A DNA stretch of 31,706 bases from Synechococcus sp. (GTDB taxonomy: Bacteria; Cyanobacteriota; Cyanobacteriia; Thermostichales; PCC-7336): the NCBI GenBank assembly GCA_051439425.1, contig JBFRWD010000063.1:1-31706 (forward strand), read 5' to 3'. Under the pieces are notes generated by a model. It did no database searches. It worked only from the letters and a program-made list of their open reading frames with translations, and was not told where the DNA came from. The stretch's first letter is position 1; every line of letters begins with the position of its first letter. Shown in pieces: positions 27,124 through 31,706 of the stretch. A program made the position numbers and the translations under genes.

Positions 27124-28725
27124 ATGTCTCCAGTATTGGCGAGCTGGTTGTGGATTCTGTTGGGAGGGTTGCTGGCGGGGCAAGTGGCTCGGCGGCTGGG
27201 GGCTCCGGCGTTGTTGGGGGCAATTGCGGCTGGGTTGTTGATGGCTTGGGGGCGGGCGATCGCTCCCGAAGTGTTGGGCCAAGCGAACGATTTGCGAACG
27301 ATTGCCGTGACGATCGTACTGATGCGGGCAGGATTAGGTCTCGATCGCAACAAGCTGGTGCGACAGGGGACAGTGGCGCTGCGATTGGGAATTCTGCCAG
27401 GTGCGTGTGAGGCGATCGCGATCGCGATACTGGCCCGCTTCATTTTGGGGTTTGATTGGACAACGGGATTGTTGCTGGGAACCATCATTGGAGCGGAATC
27501 TCCGGCGGTGATTGTGCCAGGGATGTTGCGGCTGAAAAGTTCCGGGTGGGGGGTCGCAAAGGGAATTCCCGATGCCATGTTAACCGGAAGTGCACTGTCG
27601 GATGCCTTGCTTCTTCTAGTTTTTAGCTTGCTACTGGGAAACGCCGAGGGAAATGCTGAGGGGTCGTTGTTTGGCAGCGCTGCTCTACTGCCGCTACAGG
27701 TGATAGTCCAGGTGGGGTTGGGGGCCGCCTTGGGATATGGGTTGGCCTACGCCTTGGTATGGGTGTTGGCACGACAAGCTTGGACTCAGAATGCCGTTCA
27801 GGATGTATTGGTGGCGGCAGGTGCGGCCCTTTTCTTGGTGTTAGGTGCCCAACAGTGGCCCTACTTTTCTGGCTATTTGGCTGCAATGGCGATGGGGTTT
27901 TTCGTCATCGAGTTCGATCCACCATTGGCCCGACGACTGCGGAACGGCTTCAACGTGCTGTGGATTGTGGCGGAAATTGTCCTGTTTGTCTTGTTAGGAG
28001 CTACCGTCAATCCGATCGCATTGGTCGATCTTATACTCCCCGGTTTGCTGTTGCTAAGTCTGAGCTTGCTCCTTGGGCGATCGCTCGGATGGTATCTCTC
28101 TACTGTTGGAAGCAACTGGACACTTAGGGAAAAATTGTTTCTCTTGCCGGGAAATTCAGCCAAAGCCACCGTGCAAGCAGCGATCGGAGCGGTACCGCTG
28201 GCGGCGGGCATAGAGGGGGGCCAGACTATTTTGGCGATCGCCGTGCTCTCGATCTTGATTACGGCTCCGTTGGGGGCTTGGGCTATTCCATTCTTCGCCC
28301 CAAAATTGCTGGACAAAGGAGAGGTCGACCCTACCAAAGTGGTGGTGTCGACTCAAACTCGAACGCTGGCGGCAGTGGACACGTCTGTATTATCTGAGAA
28401 TGTGTTGACCAAAGCGGCGGATGTGGCTCGGCGCACGGATGGCGAAGTGGTCGTGTTACATGTCCGTGCCCGCCAAGATCCGGTTGGAGTCAGCAATCTG
28501 CGGGCCCGGGCTCAAGAATTACTGGCTGATATTCGCTATCGATTTGAAGAGATGGACGGCTCGATTCCTGCCACGATCGTGCGTGTAGCCTCGGACATAG
28601 ACGCGACAGACATTGTGATGGGCAAACGGGGGCATCGCACTCATCTATTGCTGGGCTCTGTATCCGAAGCGGTGCTAGCCACCAGCCAAATTCCGGTGTC
28701 GTTAGTGGAACGCAGCGTCGACTGA
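27124..28725 (+). CDS. Cation/H+ antiporter with C-terminal universal stress protein (USP) domain
   Basis: About 12 TM segments with RAGLGLD, SPAVIVP.M, LFVLLGA, KATVQAAIG and ILITAPLGA. C-terminal USP: LAAVD.S, VLHV, IVMGKRG, LLGSVSEAV. Confidence 0.9.
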   Translation: MSPVLASWLWILLGGLLAGQVARRLGAPALLGAIAAGLLMAWGRAIAPEVLGQANDLRTIAVTIVLMRAGLGLDRNKLVRQGTVALRLGILPGACEAIAIAILARFILGFDWTTGLLLGTIIGAESPAVIVPGMLRLKSSGWGVAKGIPDAMLTGSALSDALLLLVFSLLLGNAEGNAEGSLFGSAALLPLQVIVQVGLGAALGYGLAYALVWVLARQAWTQNAVQDVLVAAGAALFLVLGAQQWPYFSGYLAAMAMGFFVIEFDPPLARRLRNGFNVLWIVAEIVLFVLLGATVNPIALVDLILPGLLLLSLSLLLGRSLGWYLSTVGSNWTLREKLFLLPGNSAKATVQAAIGAVPLAAGIEGGQTILAIAVLSILITAPLGAWAIPFFAPKLLDKGEVDPTKVVVSTQTRTLAAVDTSVLSENVLTKAADVARRTDGEVVVLHVRARQDPVGVSNLRARAQELLADIRYRFEEMDGSIPATIVRVASDIDATDIVMGKRGHRTHLLLGSVSEAVLATSQIPVSLVERSVD

Positions 28726-28791
28726 GTTCAGACCGCTATCCTCACTATCGCAAGTGTTCCATCCTGGACGAAGTTTCAGGCCAGGACCGTC

Positions 28792-29094
28792 TCAGTAGCG
28801 ATGGACCTCCACCAAAAAACCGCGATCGCCAAATCGATTGGAATATTCTCGATATCCGCGAACTCGATTGCTGCTCTCCGATGTTCGCAGGCGGCTGGCC
28901 GTTGCCGACATTGATGCACGAATCGATGTGCCACCAGCTGCATTCCCTGTAGAAATCGACATCCCGTTTCCTAATGCTTGGGATGAGGCTTGACGCCGGG
29001 TTTGAGCGGCTGCGCTGTCGAAGGTCGCCCCTGTTCCAAGCGCCACGACCACCGCGATCGTGACAACACTCTGTATCGGCTTGAAACGGGCCAT
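28792..29094 (-). CDS. Hypothetical small secreted protein (100 aa)
   Basis: ATG at 29094 is preceded by AGAGGAGAA. The N-terminus MARFKPIQSVVTIAVVVALGTGATFDSAAAQ resembles a Sec signal peptide. Confidence 0.55.
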   Translation of the reverse strand: MARFKPIQSVVTIAVVVALGTGATFDSAAAQTRRQASSQALGNGMSISTGNAAGGTSIRASMSATASRLRTSESSNRVRGYREYSNRFGDRGFLVEVHRY

Positions 29095-29170
29095 CTTTAG
29101 TTCTCCTCTAACTGTCAGGCTTGCAGCAACGAGCCGCGATCCAACCCTTGCCGCAAGCCCGAGCGTCCAT

Positions 29171-30352
29171 CTAACGAGCCGCAGCCGCCAGATGTACTTC
29201 TGCCCCCAAACCAGCCGCCATCTCCGCCGGAGTAATGCGACCATCGCGATCGGTATCTAGCGCATCGAAGACTGCATCGGTACCGGCCCACTCCTCGCGG
29301 GCAATAGAGCCATCACCATCCAAGTCATAGACTTTAAAGATGTCCTCTGCTGCATGGCTCAGGGTATTTTCCCCTTCCAATTGGGCCAGACGTCGAGCTA
29401 GCGAAGACTCCAACGCTTCCAATGCCTTCGAGAACTTGTCGATGCCCCCAGCCAGCTTGTCCGTGGCCATCTGATTCTCGGCGTGCATGCGATCGAACGT
29501 GGCTCGATCCATGGCAATTTTGTCGAGCGCCATATCAACCGCTTTGGCTGGGTCGAGCTTGCGAGGCAGCTCCTCGTCTTGAGAACTCAGCTCGTCCAGC
29601 AACTTGGGAGAAATGGTCAGCAGATCGCAGCCGGCCAACTCGCAAATCTCGCCAATATTGCGGAAGCTCGCCCCCATGACTTCGGTCTGGTACCCAAACT
29701 TTTTGTAGTAGTTGTAGATCTGCGTAACAGAGACAACCCCTGGATCCTCCGGGGCAGGATAGCTATCGCGGCCAGTGCTCTGTTTGTACCAGTCGAGAAT
29801 GCGGCCCACAAAAGGAGAGATTAGGGTCACCTTGGATTCTGCACAGGCGATCGCTTGGTGCAATCCAAACAGGAGAGTGAGATTGCAGTGAATCCCCTCG
29901 GTTTCCAACACTTCAGCTGCTTTAATGCCTTCCCAGGTGGAGGCTATCTTAATCAGAACCCGATCCCGCGAAACCCCTTTGGCTTCGTACTGGGCGATAA
30001 TATCGCGGGCTTTTTCCAGAGTTGCCTCGGTGTCATAGGACAGCCTTGCATCGACTTCTGTAGACACGCGACCGGGAATGATATTGAGAATTTTGAGACC
30101 GAAGGCAACGGCAAGGCGATCGAATGCCAGACTCGCGACATCTGAAGGACTTGCTGCAGCTCCCAAATCTTGGCGGGCTTGCTTGAGGGTGTCATCAACA
30201 ATGTCGCTGTATTCAGGCATCTGAGCCGCAGCAGCAATCAGCGACGGATTGGTCGTGGCATCGCGAGGAGTAAAGGCTTCAATGGCATTGATATCCCCTG
30301 TATCCGCCACAACAATGGTGTATTGGCGCAGTTGCTCGAGCAGGCTGGGCAT
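29171..30352 (-). CDS. tal: Transaldolase with C-terminal EF-hand pair
   Basis: [57 protein letters not shown] and MGASFRN. C-terminal loops [12 protein letters not shown] and [12 protein letters not shown]. Confidence 0.96.
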   Translation of the reverse strand: MPSLLEQLRQYTIVVADTGDINAIEAFTPRDATTNPSLIAAAAQMPEYSDIVDDTLKQARQDLGAAASPSDVASLAFDRLAVAFGLKILNIIPGRVSTEVDARLSYDTEATLEKARDIIAQYEAKGVSRDRVLIKIASTWEGIKAAEVLETEGIHCNLTLLFGLHQAIACAESKVTLISPFVGRILDWYKQSTGRDSYPAPEDPGVVSVTQIYNYYKKFGYQTEVMGASFRNIGEICELAGCDLLTISPKLLDELSSQDEELPRKLDPAKAVDMALDKIAMDRATFDRMHAENQMATDKLAGGIDKFSKALEALESSLARRLAQLEGENTLSHAAEDIFKVYDLDGDGSIAREEWAGTDAVFDALDTDRDGRITPAEMAAGLGAEVHLAAAAR

Positions 30353-30564
30353 GGCAAGCTCCCGGTTAGCTAGTGAACGATCGATTAATAGCTCTATTGT
30401 GGCTTGGGTTTATTGCGATCTCCCTTAGCGATCGTTCTATCTTCGGGTGTGAAAGCCAGATAAACCTGACTTATGTTACTTGGGTAGACCGAAGTCTTCG
30501 TCGCGTTTGTGTTTTGTCCCCATTCGTCAGCAGGTATAAGTCCATTTCAGTGAATGAATCGCGT

Positions 30565-30790
30565 CTATGTAGAGACCCGGAGTTTTTCAACACTAGGTTC
30601 AAGATGTTTAGTCACCCATAAAACGGTCTGCGATAGCGGGAAGGTCAGGATTAATGGGTCATGCGAAGTCGAAAACACGTTCAATCAGCTCAGCCCGAGT
30701 CCGATGGCAAGCGCGATCGGTGACGTCCTCCCGCAACCACTGCCACAAATGCTCAGCCGGCATGAAATCGGGACTGTAGCTGTGTAATTG
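30565..30790 (-). pseudogene. IS630-family transposase C-terminal remnant
   Basis: Manual translation: QLHSYSPDFMPAEHLWQWLREDVTDRACHRTRAELIERVFDFA*PINPDLPAIADR-(+1 frameshift)-LWVTKHLEPSVEKLRVST*. YSPD..P.E.LW is the IS630/Tc1 motif carrying the catalytic Glu. Confidence 0.85.
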
Positions 30791-31706
30791 AATCACCCTC
30801 CCTATCGTTTGCTTGATGGGGGCGGGCAAAGGGGGAAATGACCGCCCGTATACCGATATTCGAGCGCTGCTAGTCCACCGTTCTTTAGCGATGCCCCTAC
30901 TGCATGACTGTTTGTGGATGATGCTCTATGGCTCGACCCACGTGGGTTGCACCCTGACCTTTTAAATGTCGTAAAGCGTCATCAGACGTGCTTGCGCTCA
31001 TTGATGAGACGCTTGCACCGCTTGCTTTCTCAAATCCTTGCTGCTTTGCTGCCAGCGCTGGCTAGTAACTTTGAGAGTTATCGCCCCATCCTCCGGGCAC
31101 TCCAGTGCTCGACAGGATACAACATTTAAGACTACGGCTCTCAATGGATGGGATTTACAGCAATTGGAGGCTCAACAATGCACTCCCAACTCCTTTGACC
31201 TCTCCTTGTCTACGTTCCTCGTGAGCGAGATGCAAAATCTCAGTCACGTTTCGTCAGTTTTTCCACCAATCTGGCAGACAGAAAAAGATACCTAGATCTG
31301 AAGATTGACGTCGCAGCCCGAGTTGGTGTACTTAATACTACAGGCAATTGATTTTTCTACGGTCATTTCTTTCTCAAAGCAAGGGAGAAAGAGTTTCTCT
31401 GCTGAGAATTTGAGATTGTCCTGTCCAAAATAGAAGTAGTGAATGCTAATTGATCCGCTGAAGGCTGAAAACTGTAATGCAATATGAGTAGAAGTCTTAT
31501 TTCCCTGTGAGGTTGGAATCTGGTTGACTGACAAAAGATCTTATAGTGTCGACTAAAGCCCTTACAGTGATGGGGCTCTGGCTGTTGGAAAGGGTCAGGG
31601 ATTGACGAATAGGAGGGGAGGCAGCACTCTCAGACAAGAAACCACTCAACGCCAAAAAGTGCCGCAAAAAACTCCCCCCTCTACAATGCGTTGCAGACTT
31701 GGTTGA

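Noticed and set aside
29095..29244. N-terminal 50 aa of the 150-aa ORF 28792-29244
   Set aside because: It overlaps the tal 3' end. A better start with RBS and signal peptide lies at 29094.
31292..31534. 80-aa minus-strand ORF
   Set aside because: Non-ATG start, no RBS and no recognisable motif, so it cannot be supported as a gene.
1..31706. Many GCGATCGC octamers as a possible novel repeat
   Set aside because: This is the well-known cyanobacterial HIP1 sequence, useful only as a taxonomic clue.
1..31706. CRISPR array, tRNA/rRNA, or a DGR template repeat / reverse transcriptase
   Set aside because: I saw no regularly spaced repeats, no tRNA cloverleaf or T-loop context, no second copy of the 2228-2344 segment and no RT motifs by eye.

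Overview
Cyanobacterial chromosomal window, judged from the abundant HIP1 octamer GCGATCGC and the petC-petA genes. Most of it is housekeeping and metabolic: eda (partial), accA, a cupin, a GldG-like/DUF4340 pair, an S41 protease, sat, pmbA/tldE, DUF3067, petC-petA, GDSL hydrolase, sbcD, a cation/H+ antiporter-USP fusion and an EF-hand transaldolase. Five things stand out. (1) A TIR-linker-TM-FGE/CLec protein whose last ~115 nt look like a diversity-generating retroelement (DGR) variable region, with no template repeat or reverse transcriptase in the window. (2) A co-oriented cluster of phosphoketolase, histidine phosphatase, acetate kinase, a REC-thioredoxin-reductase-like fusion lacking CxxC, and a soluble cNMP-domain histidine kinase, which may link acetyl-phosphate metabolism to signalling. 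(3) Two unannotated families of ~95-97 bp intergenic dispersed repeats with T(A/G)TAGC...GCTA(T/C)A termini, 6 copies in total. (4) A decayed IS630-family transposase fragment missed by the ORF track. (5) A VanZ-cNMP fusion and atypical cytochrome f and Rieske features. No tRNA, rRNA or CRISPR array was recognised. All family assignments come from motif recognition by eye; no database searches were run.
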